Positions 8,542-16,726 are shown, counted from the first letter of the stretch. The stretch is DNA of 24,000 bases from Alkalibacterium putridalgicola (GCF_900109825.1 NZ_FOBL01000009.1:60843-84842); one strand, 5' to 3'. Notes: generated by a model from the letters alone, not told the origin. Program-made: numbers and translations.

Positions 8542-8861
8542 TAACGGACCTCCTGTCTCAGTCTGTGCAGTTCGATGATTTCAACGGCCATGTCTCTTAA
8601 CGTCATCGCCGTCATCAGGTGGTCCTGTGAGTGGACTAAAATAACATTCACGCCTGCACCGTTTCCTTTAGCTTCTTCCTGCAGAAGTTCGGTCTGGACG
8701 CCGTGAGCCTTGCTTAACTCTTCACCGGCTTCTTTGATTTTCTGATCCGCTTCTTCAAAATTACCATCTTTCGCTTCCTGGATGGCTTCCATCGCACTGG
8801 ACTTGCCGTTTCCTGCGTATAATATAATCTCAAAAGCGATCTCGTTCATTCTATCGTTCAT
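8541..8861 (-). CDS. PTS lactose/cellobiose-family EIIA component
   Basis: 106 aa. It has the helical-bundle EIIA(Lac) pattern, with the phospho-His context VHSQDHLMTA. Confidence 0.9.
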   Translation of the reverse strand: MNDRMNEIAFEIILYAGNGKSSAMEAIQEAKDGNFEEADQKIKEAGEELSKAHGVQTELLQEEAKGNGAGVNVILVHSQDHLMTAMTLRDMAVEIIELHRLRQEVR

Positions 8862-8883
8862 AAATATCCCCCTTTGATGTTTT

Positions 8884-8917
8884 AAAAGAAAGGCGAATCC
8901 CCTATGCCGGGATTCGT
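8884..8917 (-). terminator. Intra-operon hairpin/attenuator between the EIIC and EIIA genes
   Basis: On the minus strand, cgaauccc (complement of 8909-8916) pairs with gggauucg (complement of 8894-8901). The stem is 8 bp and is followed by cuuucuuuu. Confidence 0.4.
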
Positions 8918-8932
8918 CTTCTTAAATGTTTA

Positions 8933-10222
8933 TTAGTTTGTTGCTTGAGCACTCAGTTCTTCACCATAGTATTGCTTATCCAGCAGTTTGACGAATGGCA
9001 GCCAGATGACAAAGACGATACTCATACTGATCAGCTGCATGACAGATCCCATGATGTTGTTCCCGGTCGCCAGATACCCGCTGAGTAGTGGTGGCGTGGT
9101 CCATGGTACGATGACCCCGGCCGGTTTTGGAGCAAAGCCAGTTGACATCAGGAAGTAAGTCACAGCCGCAACCACAACTGGGGCTAACAGCCAAGGAATA
9201 AGAACTAGTGGATTCATGATGATCGGTAATCCGAAGATGACAGGTTCATTAACGTTGAATAGTCCCGGAGGTCCACCCAATTTACCCAATTCACGCATCT
9301 GTCTGCTTTTCGCTGCGACAAAGATAGCGATGATAACAGCTAAGGTCATCCCAGATCCGCCGATACCTACGATAAAGGTGTCGATAAACTGTTTTGTGAC
9401 GATGTGCGGCAGTTCTTCACCGGCTTGGAATGCAGCCAGGTTTTCATCGTTCAGTGAATACCAGATCGGGTCAAACACAGAGTTGATGATGATTTGACCG
9501 TGCAGGCCGAAGAACCAGAAGACTTGGATCAGCAAGACGGCTACTAGAGTTGCAGGAAGTCCGCTGCCTAAAGCTGTTAATGGCTGCTGGATGATTGTAT
9601 AGATAAAGTTCTGTACGGTTTCAAACGGTGTGAAAGTGAAGACCAGACGAATGACTAAGAAAATCGTCAAAGTCAGCGTGATCGGGATCAAAGCGCTGAA
9701 TGAACGCGATACCGCACTTGGGACCCCTTCAGGCATTTTGATCGTCAGATTTTTTCTCACAAAGAAGTGATACAGTTCAGCCGAAATAAAAGCAGTAAAG
9801 ATTCCTAAGAACATCCCTTGTGCACCAAGCGAGGCAGTCGGGATAACACCGCCGACGCCTTCAACGACTTGGGGTGTCAGGATCAGGAAAGAAGCCAAGG
9901 CTACGACACCACCGTAAATGGCTTCGCCTCCGCGGCCTTCGACCATTTTGTAGCCGATACCGATCATGACGAACAAGCCCATGATACTCAATGTCGCTGC
10001 GGAAGCAGGACCTAAGGCATTCTGATACGCCGCATACCCTTCTTCGCTGAGCACTCGATCTAAAAATGGCAGGTTCGCAATAACGACGAAGATGGATCCG
10101 AAGATAATGAGCGGCAAGGCTACCATGAAACCATTACGCAAAGCCGTTAAGTATCTGTTGTTGTTCAGTTTGTCAGCAACGGGCATCAGTACATTTTCAA
10201 GCACTTCCATAAATTTATCCAT
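8933..10222 (-). CDS. PTS lactose/cellobiose-family EIIC permease
   Basis: 429 aa polytopic membrane protein. The N-terminus (MPVADKLNNNRYLTALRNGF) and the NVNEPVIFGLPIIMNP block are characteristic of EIIC(Cel/Lac). Confidence 0.93.
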   Translation of the reverse strand: MDKFMEVLENVLMPVADKLNNNRYLTALRNGFMVALPLIIFGSIFVVIANLPFLDRVLSEEGYAAYQNALGPASAATLSIMGLFVMIGIGYKMVEGRGGEAIYGGVVALASFLILTPQVVEGVGGVIPTASLGAQGMFLGIFTAFISAELYHFFVRKNLTIKMPEGVPSAVSRSFSALIPITLTLTIFLVIRLVFTFTPFETVQNFIYTIIQQPLTALGSGLPATLVAVLLIQVFWFFGLHGQIIINSVFDPIWYSLNDENLAAFQAGEELPHIVTKQFIDTFIVGIGGSGMTLAVIIAIFVAAKSRQMRELGKLGGPPGLFNVNEPVIFGLPIIMNPLVLIPWLLAPVVVAAVTYFLMSTGFAPKPAGVIVPWTTPPLLSGYLATGNNIMGSVMQLISMSIVFVIWLPFVKLLDKQYYGEELSAQATN

Positions 10223-10233
10223 GTGATACCCTC

Positions 10234-10548
10234 CTATTTATTGTTTTCGATCAGTTCTAATGCAGTGTCCAGGACAGCTTTGCCGTTCACACGACCATAG
10301 TCGACCGGATTGATGACATCCAGTGGAATACCGGCTTCTTCTGCATTGACAGACAGTTTTTTCTTCATGAAGCGCATTTGCGGTCCGATCAGCAGGACAT
10401 CTGCTTTCTTCATATCTTCAGCAGCTTTGTCTTGAGCCACTGCCCAGATCTCTGCATCCAATCCGCGTTCGTTTGCTTCCGCTTCCATTTTCTGGACCAG
10501 TAAGCTTGTTGACATACCTGATGAACAGGCCAATAAAATTTTAACCAT
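10234..10548 (-). CDS. PTS lactose/cellobiose-family EIIB component
   Basis: Start moved to ATG at complement 10546-10548, preceded by AAAGGAGAA. MVKILLACSSGMSTSLLVQKM contains the phospho-Cys motif of EIIB(Cel). Confidence 0.9.
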   Translation of the reverse strand: MVKILLACSSGMSTSLLVQKMEAEANERGLDAEIWAVAQDKAAEDMKKADVLLIGPQMRFMKKKLSVNAEEAGIPLDVINPVDYGRVNGKAVLDTALELIENNK

Positions 10549-10593
10549 GATATTCTCCTTTTCTTGTTCGTTTTTTGACTCTATAAACATCTT

Positions 10594-10611
10594 AGTATAA
10601 CAACGCTTACA
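10594..10611 (-). promoter_or_regulatory. Candidate extended -10 promoter overlapping a cre (CcpA) site for the PTS operon
   Basis: The minus strand reads aTGTAAGCGTTGTTATACT. TGTAAGCGTTGTTA (complement of 10598-10611) matches the cre consensus WTGNAANCGNWNNCW with 1 mismatch. TGtTATACT is an extended -10 (complement of 10594-10599). Confidence 0.5.
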
Positions 10612-10626
10612 TCACCACACGTAGAA

Positions 10627-10646
10627 TTTCCGTTGACTAACGGAAA
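10627..10646. promoter_or_regulatory. Perfect palindrome TTTCCGTT-GACT-AACGGAAA, a candidate activator (LicR-type) operator
   Basis: The arms are 8 bp with a 4-bp spacer. The centre is ~50 bp upstream of the inferred operon transcription start. Confidence 0.4.
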
Positions 10647-10780
10647 AAGAATAGAGGCAGTTAAAGCAGCTGCAAACTTTTTTTACATTTTAGAACGACA
10701 GAACACCCTGTTTGCTCCACCAGAGGCATTCATCGACAAATGAACACCACCGCATTATGTAGGGTTACATTTTAACGTAT

Positions 10781-10820
10781 AAAAAGCATCAGAGATTGTG
10801 CCGATCACAGCCTCTGATGC
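10781..10820 (-). terminator. Rho-independent terminator of the phosphatase-CHAD gene
   Basis: gcatcagag (10786-10794) pairs with ctctgatgc (10812-10820), followed by a T-run on the minus strand (A5 at 10781-10785). Confidence 0.7.
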
Positions 10821-10869
10821 TTTCTGCTTCATTTTCATTTATTTAAATAGATGTCTTCCGCTTCTCCTA

Positions 10870-12183
10870 TCATGACTCATTCAAATCGGGTTCGTCATCT
10901 ATCACGTTTTCGCGCTGACTCAGCTGCCGGTCTGCGAGCGTAGTGAACGCCTCTTCAAGCTTAGGATCATCCACTTTCTCGGCATAATCTTTGAGCCATT
11001 CGCTGTTGACATACAGATCACCGATCTCGCCCAGCTCGTCTTTGATGGTCTTCAGCTTTTTCTTCGCCTTTTTCGCTTTCTTTTTGGGCAGGAGATCTTT
11101 GTAGCCTTTCACAGCATATCGCAGTTTTTTCGCTTTCTTCCTGACATCATGAGCGGCTTCATGGTCCGAGTGGTCGGCTTTCTCAAAAGCTTTGTACACC
11201 TTTTTCTTTCTGGATTTGAAGCGGTCTTTCAAATAAGCCTCAATATCGCCGTCGTCTGTTTTGTCCAGATCGAAAGAGAGCTGCCTGATCCCCTCTTTTG
11301 TATCGGCAAGCATGTCTTCGAACGCGGCCGTCATGCCCTTGGTCAGACGCGAACGCATCCACTTGCGCCGTTCGTTATGCAAGTAACGGAACACTTCAAA
11401 ATAATCGTCGACCAGCTCCGGTTCCTTTAGGGCCCGCTCGCCGCAGGAGTCGATCAGGACATCCCCTTCGCGCAGCGGCTCCAACCGGTGATACGAATCT
11501 TTGATCTGGTCATTCATTTCCTTGTACGTCTCTTTACCGATCAGCGGTTTCACGAAATGCAGCAGGGAGCGCAGTTTTCGCATGTCTACCCGGAAGCGAT
11601 GGGTCCGCTCCGGTGAATAAGGGTTATTCTGGAAATGATGGTAGGACTCTTCCATCGCTTCTGCCCGCTCTAAAAGGATCTTTCTGATCGGTGCGACTGT
11701 TTCATCAAGTTTTTTTTTACTCTTCGGGTCACTTTCCCAAAGGAGTTTACCTTGAGTCCGGTCATCGTTCAAACGGATCAGAGCTGCTCCGCCTTTTTTG
11801 AATGAATACGGTCTGCTGGTCAAGAGGCCGACCCAGTCGCCCTGGATAGGCTTATGCCCGACACACACGACCCGGGTATCCTCATCCAGCGCCTTGACTT
11901 CATTTCTGAAAGCAGTGTAGTCACCGCTTTCTAAAAACTCTTTCTCATCCGCAGCTGGCCATCCCATCTGTTCTATCAAGATTGAGGCCGTCTGTTTGGC
12001 CCGTGTTAAGGGACTTGTCCATACTAAAACGTTCCGTTCGGTCTCTATATTTTTCTTGACGGACGAGATGAAAGCGTCAAACGCCTCCTTGCCTTCTTCA
12101 GTCAGCTGACGCTTGCTGTCGTCTACATCCGCTGAGCGGTCTTCGGCTATTCCATGACGGATCATAAGTAGCTCTATTGACAT
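10870..12183 (-). CDS. Histidine phosphatase (SixA/PGAM-like) fused to a CHAD domain
   Basis: 437 aa. The N-terminus LLMIRHGIAED...TSPLTRAKQTA...VGHKP carries the RHG/H motifs of the histidine phosphatase superfamily. The C-terminal half is helical and Lys/His-rich, with CHAD-type motifs HRFRVDMRKLRSLL and HDVRKKAKKLRYAVK. Confidence 0.8.
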   Translation of the reverse strand: MSIELLMIRHGIAEDRSADVDDSKRQLTEEGKEAFDAFISSVKKNIETERNVLVWTSPLTRAKQTASILIEQMGWPAADEKEFLESGDYTAFRNEVKALDEDTRVVCVGHKPIQGDWVGLLTSRPYSFKKGGAALIRLNDDRTQGKLLWESDPKSKKKLDETVAPIRKILLERAEAMEESYHHFQNNPYSPERTHRFRVDMRKLRSLLHFVKPLIGKETYKEMNDQIKDSYHRLEPLREGDVLIDSCGERALKEPELVDDYFEVFRYLHNERRKWMRSRLTKGMTAAFEDMLADTKEGIRQLSFDLDKTDDGDIEAYLKDRFKSRKKKVYKAFEKADHSDHEAAHDVRKKAKKLRYAVKGYKDLLPKKKAKKAKKKLKTIKDELGEIGDLYVNSEWLKDYAEKVDDPKLEEAFTTLADRQLSQRENVIDDEPDLNES

Positions 12184-12280
12184 ATCGATCTCTCCTTTAG
12201 TCGATGCCTGTTCAAGTTGATACTTCTCCCTTTAGTATACCAAAAGTGGCCAAAGAGTTGAGTAATAAGCATTTTCTATC

Positions 12281-12328
12281 AAAAAAGCGGCTCCGCCCAT
12301 CGATCAGAAGACCACATGAGCAGAGCCG
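12281..12328 (-). terminator. Rho-independent terminator of the DUF427 gene
   Basis: On the minus strand a 13-bp stem forms between cggcucugcucau and augggcggagccg (two G-U pairs, which exist only on the minus strand). The loop is 15 nt and U6 follows. Confidence 0.75.
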
Positions 12329-12342
12329 TTTCATTTATGCAT

Positions 12343-12621
12343 TTATTCTTTAACGAATTTCTTGTCGAAACAGATATGTCCCGTGATGTGTCTGGCCTTT
12401 TCTTTGGGATCTTCATACGACCAGGCGCCGTTATCTATCTGTTCATCATCCACGATAATATGGTAATACGTCGCTTCGCCCTTCCATGGACACGTGTACT
12501 CTTTGTCGCTTTCTGTGAGACATTCCATTTTCACATCTTCTCTTGGGAAGTAATGATTGTTCTCTACCACTTCTGTGTTGTCACTTTCTGCAAGGACGGT
12601 ATTTTTATAGACAGCTTTCAT
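12343..12621 (-). CDS. DUF427 domain protein
   Basis: Start moved to ATG at complement 12619-12621, preceded by AGGAGGAG. The sequence MKAVYKNTVLAESDNTEVVENNHYFPREDV...CPWKGEATYY...AWSYEDP follows the DUF427 pattern. Confidence 0.8.
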   Translation of the reverse strand: MKAVYKNTVLAESDNTEVVENNHYFPREDVKMECLTESDKEYTCPWKGEATYYHIIVDDEQIDNGAWSYEDPKEKARHITGHICFDKKFVKE

Positions 12622-12730
12622 CTTGACTCCTCCTCTTTTCATTTCTCCTACTCTAGTATACGCCAAGAGGCCGCTTCATGAAAAGTATGAGCGCTTGACG
12701 AAGGCCCACTGAACGTTGAGGTCCGAATGA

Positions 12731-12759
12731 TTGCAACTGGCGCTGTGACCAACTACAAT
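12731..12759 (+). promoter_or_regulatory. Sigma-A promoter of the hydrolase gene
   Basis: TTGCAA (12731-12736), 17 nt spacer, TACAAT (12754-12759). The predicted start of transcription near 12766 argues against the track's GTG start at 12764. Confidence 0.6.
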
Positions 12760-12799
12760 TAAAGTGACAGTAAAAATCCGCAAACGATGGAGGAAGCTC

Positions 12800-14434
12800 A
12801 TGAACCGTTTTTTAAAGTCATTAGTCGTAATGAACAGTGTATCCCTTGTTTTAAGTCTCTTTTATGTCTTATTCCCCGGAGAAAGTGCCTTCTGGAACGC
12901 CTATGGGCTACTGGTGATCCTGACCCTGACCGGGAATATAGCCGCCAGTATAATCAAGCCCGATCAGAAGAAATGGTCTGCCTTGTACCTGGTCTTGTCT
13001 AGTGCCGGCATGATCGGCATCATGGTTTTAACGACGCTTGCCTCTCTGGACCCCGCCGACACAGCATCCAGAAGTCTGGTGGCGATCGTCCTCTTCTTAT
13101 CGCTCTTTGTAGTCGGCACCCTGCTGGCCGGGATCTCGTTCCTACATACAAAGCGGCGAGAACACACACGCCGCACACTTTCACGACAGACAGAAATAAC
13201 ACCAATTAAAGTCGTGCGCATCACGCTGCGTGTTCTGTTGGGGTTCGTCTTACTGGTCGGCGTCTTTCTGGCCGTTACGATGGTCACGAGCGTCAGTGTC
13301 GGTGTGATCGAAGCCGCCGTCTCCCCGTACAGTCTGTTTTTCAGTTTAATCTTTTTAAGTACGGCCGGGCTTTTTCTCAAGGTCTCGCCTTTTGACTGGC
13401 GGTCGTTAAAAGGGATGAGCGTGTTGCTTATCGGTACCACCCTGTACGTGGTCTTTGCCCTCCCCTTCTTCTCTATCCCTGCCATGCTGGAGGAAGCGGA
13501 AGAAAATTATACAGCGGCGTTTGGAGACGACTGGCAGGACGATGACGAAACGGTCCCCGCCTTCAAAGAACTGCCTGTGTCGCTGCCCGCCTTCTTCTTC
13601 GGCACTCCTTCAGGCAACTATGAGCTGGAAGAAGATGTGCAGTATTATCAAGGTGACAGCGGCGTGGATGAAGGCCTAGACCTGTGCTTTGATGTCTACA
13701 CACCCACAGAAAACGCAGCCGATCTGCCGGGACAAGGCTCGGTGCTGATCCGGATCCATGGCGGCGGCTGGAACTCTGGCGATAAGGGACCTGAGAACTT
13801 TTCCCAGGTCAACAAATACTTTGCCGAACAAGGCTATGTGGTGTTCGACGTCCAGTATGGCTTGAATGCGGCGAGACAGTTCTCTGGCCTGCTGTCTGCT
13901 CCCGATGATGTCACCGGGGACTTTTCCGTCAAAGACATGGTACGCCATCTGGGTCTGTTCACGACGTATCTGGCCGATCATCATGAACGGTATGACGCAG
14001 ACATCGATTCTGTCTTCGTTTCAGGCGGATCGGCCGGCGGACACCTGGCGAACGCGCTGGCACTGGGAGCCTCCAGCGGCCAGTACACCGAACTAATCGA
14101 CACACGGATCACGGTAAAAGGCATCATTCCCTTCTACCCGGCCAACGATCTGGCAAGCTTCCCAGGTGTGGGTGATGCAGAGGAACTGATCGACCCGGCT
14201 CTCTTGGTTGAGGAAGACAGTCCACCGGCCTTGGTCTATCAGGGAGACCTTGATACCCTCGTTGAGCCACAGGTGACACGTGATTTCAAAGAGGCGTATG
14301 TAGAAGCGAATAACAGTGACATCGCGATCATCTGGCTGCCGTATGGGTCGCATGCCAGTGACCTCTATTTCACCGGCGTCTACAACCAGACCTTCCTGTA
14401 TTACATGGAACGGTTTATGTATCAACACCGATGA
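12800..14434 (+). CDS. Membrane-anchored alpha/beta hydrolase (esterase/lipase-like) with a multi-TM N-terminal domain
   Basis: ATG at 12800 is preceded by GGAGGAAG. The first ~240 aa form several hydrophobic helices. The C-terminal domain has the oxyanion motif HGGGW (IRIHGGGWNSGD), the nucleophile elbow GGSAGG, and candidate Asp (GDLDTLV) and His (YGSHAS). Confidence 0.85.
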   Translation: MNRFLKSLVVMNSVSLVLSLFYVLFPGESAFWNAYGLLVILTLTGNIAASIIKPDQKKWSALYLVLSSAGMIGIMVLTTLASLDPADTASRSLVAIVLFLSLFVVGTLLAGISFLHTKRREHTRRTLSRQTEITPIKVVRITLRVLLGFVLLVGVFLAVTMVTSVSVGVIEAAVSPYSLFFSLIFLSTAGLFLKVSPFDWRSLKGMSVLLIGTTLYVVFALPFFSIPAMLEEAEENYTAAFGDDWQDDDETVPAFKELPVSLPAFFFGTPSGNYELEEDVQYYQGDSGVDEGLDLCFDVYTPTENAADLPGQGSVLIRIHGGGWNSGDKGPENFSQVNKYFAEQGYVVFDVQYGLNAARQFSGLLSAPDDVTGDFSVKDMVRHLGLFTTYLADHHERYDADIDSVFVSGGSAGGHLANALALGASSGQYTELIDTRITVKGIIPFYPANDLASFPGVGDAEELIDPALLVEEDSPPALVYQGDLDTLVEPQVTRDFKEAYVEANNSDIAIIWLPYGSHASDLYFTGVYNQTFLYYMERFMYQHR

Positions 14435-14471
14435 GCTGGTCCCAAAAACTGACACGCTGGATCTTTTTAAA

Positions 14472-14524
14472 TAAAAAAGGCATGCCACACGAGACTTACT
14501 GCTCGTTTGTGGCATGCCTTTTCA
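14472..14524. terminator. Bidirectional rho-independent terminator between convergent genes
   Basis: aaggcatgccaca (14477-14489) pairs perfectly with tgtggcatgcctt (14508-14520). An A-run lies upstream and a T-run downstream. Confidence 0.85.
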
Positions 14525-14551
14525 TTCTTTAAAATCTCTAATGCACATTGT

Positions 14552-14980
14552 TCAATTAAATAACAGCAGAACGAACCCGGCCGCGAAAACGATCAACAGA
14601 ACGACCGAGATGATCGTGACCGTCGTCAGATTCAAGGTCGACGGGTAATTTCTTTCTGTCGTATCAGAGAAGTAACCTTTCAGATAATCATAAACGGCTT
14701 TATAGCCGATCCAGGCATAGATGAAAGAAAACATCCCTAGAAATATCAGGCACCCGCCTAGGATCAGTCCCACTGTGGCATTCTCGGTGTCCCGCAAAGC
14801 CGTGCCCAGCGTCCAGCCTGCCCCGGCGAGTGTAAAACCTATACGGATCCAGGCCGCATAGGTCCGTTCGGCGGCTAAAAGGGTGCGGCTCTCGGCCATC
14901 GCATTCCTCATTTCAGCCAGATCGGTACGAAGTTCAGCCAGTTCATTTTTGGATTGCTTTTTGTTTGCCGGTTCACTCAT
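14552..14980 (-). CDS. DUF202 (YidH-like) membrane protein
   Basis: 142 aa. The block RTLLAAERTYAAWIRIGFTLAGAG is the DUF202 signature, followed by three predicted TM helices. An AAGGAAGG RBS is present. Confidence 0.75.
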   Translation of the reverse strand: MSEPANKKQSKNELAELRTDLAEMRNAMAESRTLLAAERTYAAWIRIGFTLAGAGWTLGTALRDTENATVGLILGGCLIFLGMFSFIYAWIGYKAVYDYLKGYFSDTTERNYPSTLNLTTVTIISVVLLIVFAAGFVLLLFN

Positions 14981-14995
14981 AACGGTCCTTCCTTT

Positions 14996-15295
14996 CTAGG
15001 TATCTTTTACACAGCGGAAGCCCAGGTTGCTTGTTGACAGATTGGATTCCGAATCGCCCGTCACCACATAACTTTTCAGCCGCGACCGGCAGTTGTACCG
15101 GCCCGTCAGCAGGCCATACCGCGACGGCGTGCATAAAGACGACGTGGCATGCGAATCTCTGAACTGCATTCCCGCCTCTGCCAGACGGTCGATATTTTTG
15201 GTGTGTATTTTTGAACTCGGATTGAAACTGGATACGTCACCGTACCCCAGATCATCTGCGAAAATCAGTACGATATTTGGTTTCCTGCTGCTCAT
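14996..15295 (-). pseudogene. Sulfatase (arylsulfatase family) N-terminal remnant: 99 codons of an expected ~450-500
   Basis: MSSRKPNIVLIFADDLGYGDV...SLCTPSRYGLLTGRY carries the metal-binding DD and the formylglycine C-x-P-x-R motif. The ORF ends after ~99 aa, directly abutting the next gene. Confidence 0.8.
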
Positions 15296-15415
15296 AAACG
15301 TATTCCGTTAGTCACACTACTATGGTAGCAGATTAAAATATTTCTAGCATACTAAACGCACGGGATTACTTAGGGTCATCTTTCTCAGATAGATCAACAG
15401 CATCTTTTTTGATTA

Positions 15416-15474
15416 AGGACAAAGAAAACACGTGTACCAAGAGAGGATATGTCCGCTCTTTGATACACGTGTTT
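15416..15474 (-). terminator. Long hairpin / probable terminator downstream of the SOUL-family gene
   Basis: aaacacgtgta (15426-15436) pairs with tacacgtgttt (15464-15474), with additional inner pairs. The minus strand continues uucuuugu. Each arm contains the palindromic octamer ACACGTGT. Confidence 0.6.
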
Positions 15475-15513
15475 AGTAAAAGCTAGGATGTTGTATTTTC
15501 TTAGCGACTATGC

Positions 15514-16023
15514 TCACTTGTACTGGACCCGGACCCAAACCTCATTTCGTCTAAATGGCGGGAGCGTGAACGGACCACTGTAAGAGGCCACCATAAAGGC
15601 CGACTGCTTTTCGAGTCCTTTGTCGGTGATCCATTTGTCCAGCTTTTCTTTCATGCTGATTTCTTTGGTGCGGCTTCTTTTGCCTGAAAATTGGATGACC
15701 GCAAACACGCCTTCATCGAATTGCTCTACTTTTAGATTCGAATCAGTCGGCTCGGGCACCTGTCCCCAGTACTTCTCCGGTACAACGAACGCCATTTTCC
15801 TGTTCTCGTCGGTCTCTTCCTGAATCACCGGTACGGTCATTGAAATCTTTTCATTGTCCTTGTTTTCACTGGAGATGTACTTGAACAAGGTCCGAAAGCC
15901 TCGGTCGACATCGGGGTCTGCTCGGTTATCGTATTCCACAATATAGAATTGGCCATACTTTCGCAGTTCAAAGCTGTCCTCTTTCTCCAGTACCTCATAA
16001 TCAGGCGTCTCATACTTTCCCAT
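15514..16023 (-). CDS. SOUL heme-binding-protein family protein
   Basis: 169 aa. The sequence YETPDYEVLEK...FELRKY...GFRTLFKYISSENKDNEKISMTVPV follows the SOUL/HBP domain pattern. Confidence 0.8.
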   Translation of the reverse strand: MGKYETPDYEVLEKEDSFELRKYGQFYIVEYDNRADPDVDRGFRTLFKYISSENKDNEKISMTVPVIQEETDENRKMAFVVPEKYWGQVPEPTDSNLKVEQFDEGVFAVIQFSGKRSRTKEISMKEKLDKWITDKGLEKQSAFMVASYSGPFTLPPFRRNEVWVRVQYK

Positions 16024-16520
16024 CGTCTCACTCCGTTCCCTAAACGTTGATAATCTTACTGACAGTATATCACTTTAGACACAAAACCCCTTCATGATCG
16101 ATTTAGGACTGAAGGATTTATGATTTGGACTCAGTCTTTGTTTACAAAAGGACGGAACAGACTTGAGTAGCGTGAATATGCCTACTCAAAGGGAGAAGTA
16201 TTTTTTAAAATGCACTTATTTTATATCGGTCGAAGAGGAAAATATATAATCACTTGTAAATATATTTCTGAACAATGCTTTAAAATATTTTTATTTTTTC
16301 AAACGCATCAAGGTATTTATGTAAATAGAAAGGCGGATCATACTTCATAAAAATGAAGTAAATCTACATCGTATAATATTTACTTACAAAAGGATTGACT
16401 AATCAAGCAGCAATTCATTTTCAAAGTAGAACTCTTTTTTTGGTGAAGTACTTAATATCTATTGATTAATTCATTCGAGAAAATTAATACGCTGGATAAT
16501 CAACATTTATTTTAAGTTAA

Positions 16521-16638
16521 TTAACCAAAAAAGTTTAGAGTACTCAATATAAGATAAGTTAAAACTAGCAATCCAACTATCCCAAGAAAAATACCAAAAG
16601 CAATCCAAAATTGTTTTTTAACTTTTTTTCTTCATCAT
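16521..16638 (-). other. Possible frameshifted small membrane-peptide ORF (38 aa if one A is removed from an A7 run)
   Basis: The minus strand reads ATGATGAAGAAAAAAAGTTAA, which stops after 6 codons. Removing one A from the A7 tract gives MMKKKVKKQFWIAFGIFLGIVGLLVLTYLILSTLNFFG followed by a stop at complement 16521-16523. The RBS is weak. Confidence 0.25.
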
Positions 16639-16726
16639 TTTTTACCATTCAATCACTCTTTCATTATTTATTGTAATTTTATTGAAAAATGTAACATTGT
16701 TTAATATATATATTACATATACTCAC

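Noticed and set aside
7309-8600. ORFs 7309..7668 +, 7822..8535 + and 8415..8600 +
   Set aside because: They are shadow ORFs antisense to the GH1 and EIIA genes, with no RBS or recognisable motifs.
12316-14515. ORFs 12316..12681 +, 12787..13002 +, 12964..13485 -, 13020..13205 -, 13455..13679 +, 13676..13984 -, 13866..14096 + and 14093..14515 -
   Set aside because: They overlap the DUF427 and hydrolase genes, either antisense or out of frame. The latter have RBS, promoter, terminator and catalytic motifs, and the overlapping ORFs have none.
16198-16345. 47-aa + strand ORF (MHLFYIGRRGKYIITCKY...) preceded by AAGGGAGAAG
   Set aside because: The RBS spacing is long (~11 nt) and the sequence is AT-rich and low-complexity. 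There is no recognisable family or terminator. It is too weak to call.
16533-16565. Solitary sequence GTTTAGAGTACTCAATATAAGATAAGTTAAAAC that superficially resembles a type II-A repeat (GTTT.AGAG...AAAAC) or a degenerate anti-repeat
   Set aside because: There is a single copy, with no periodicity or second repeat within 2 kb. Complementarity to the real repeat at 23928 is poor (about 7 nt). It lies inside the candidate small membrane-peptide ORF on the opposite strand.
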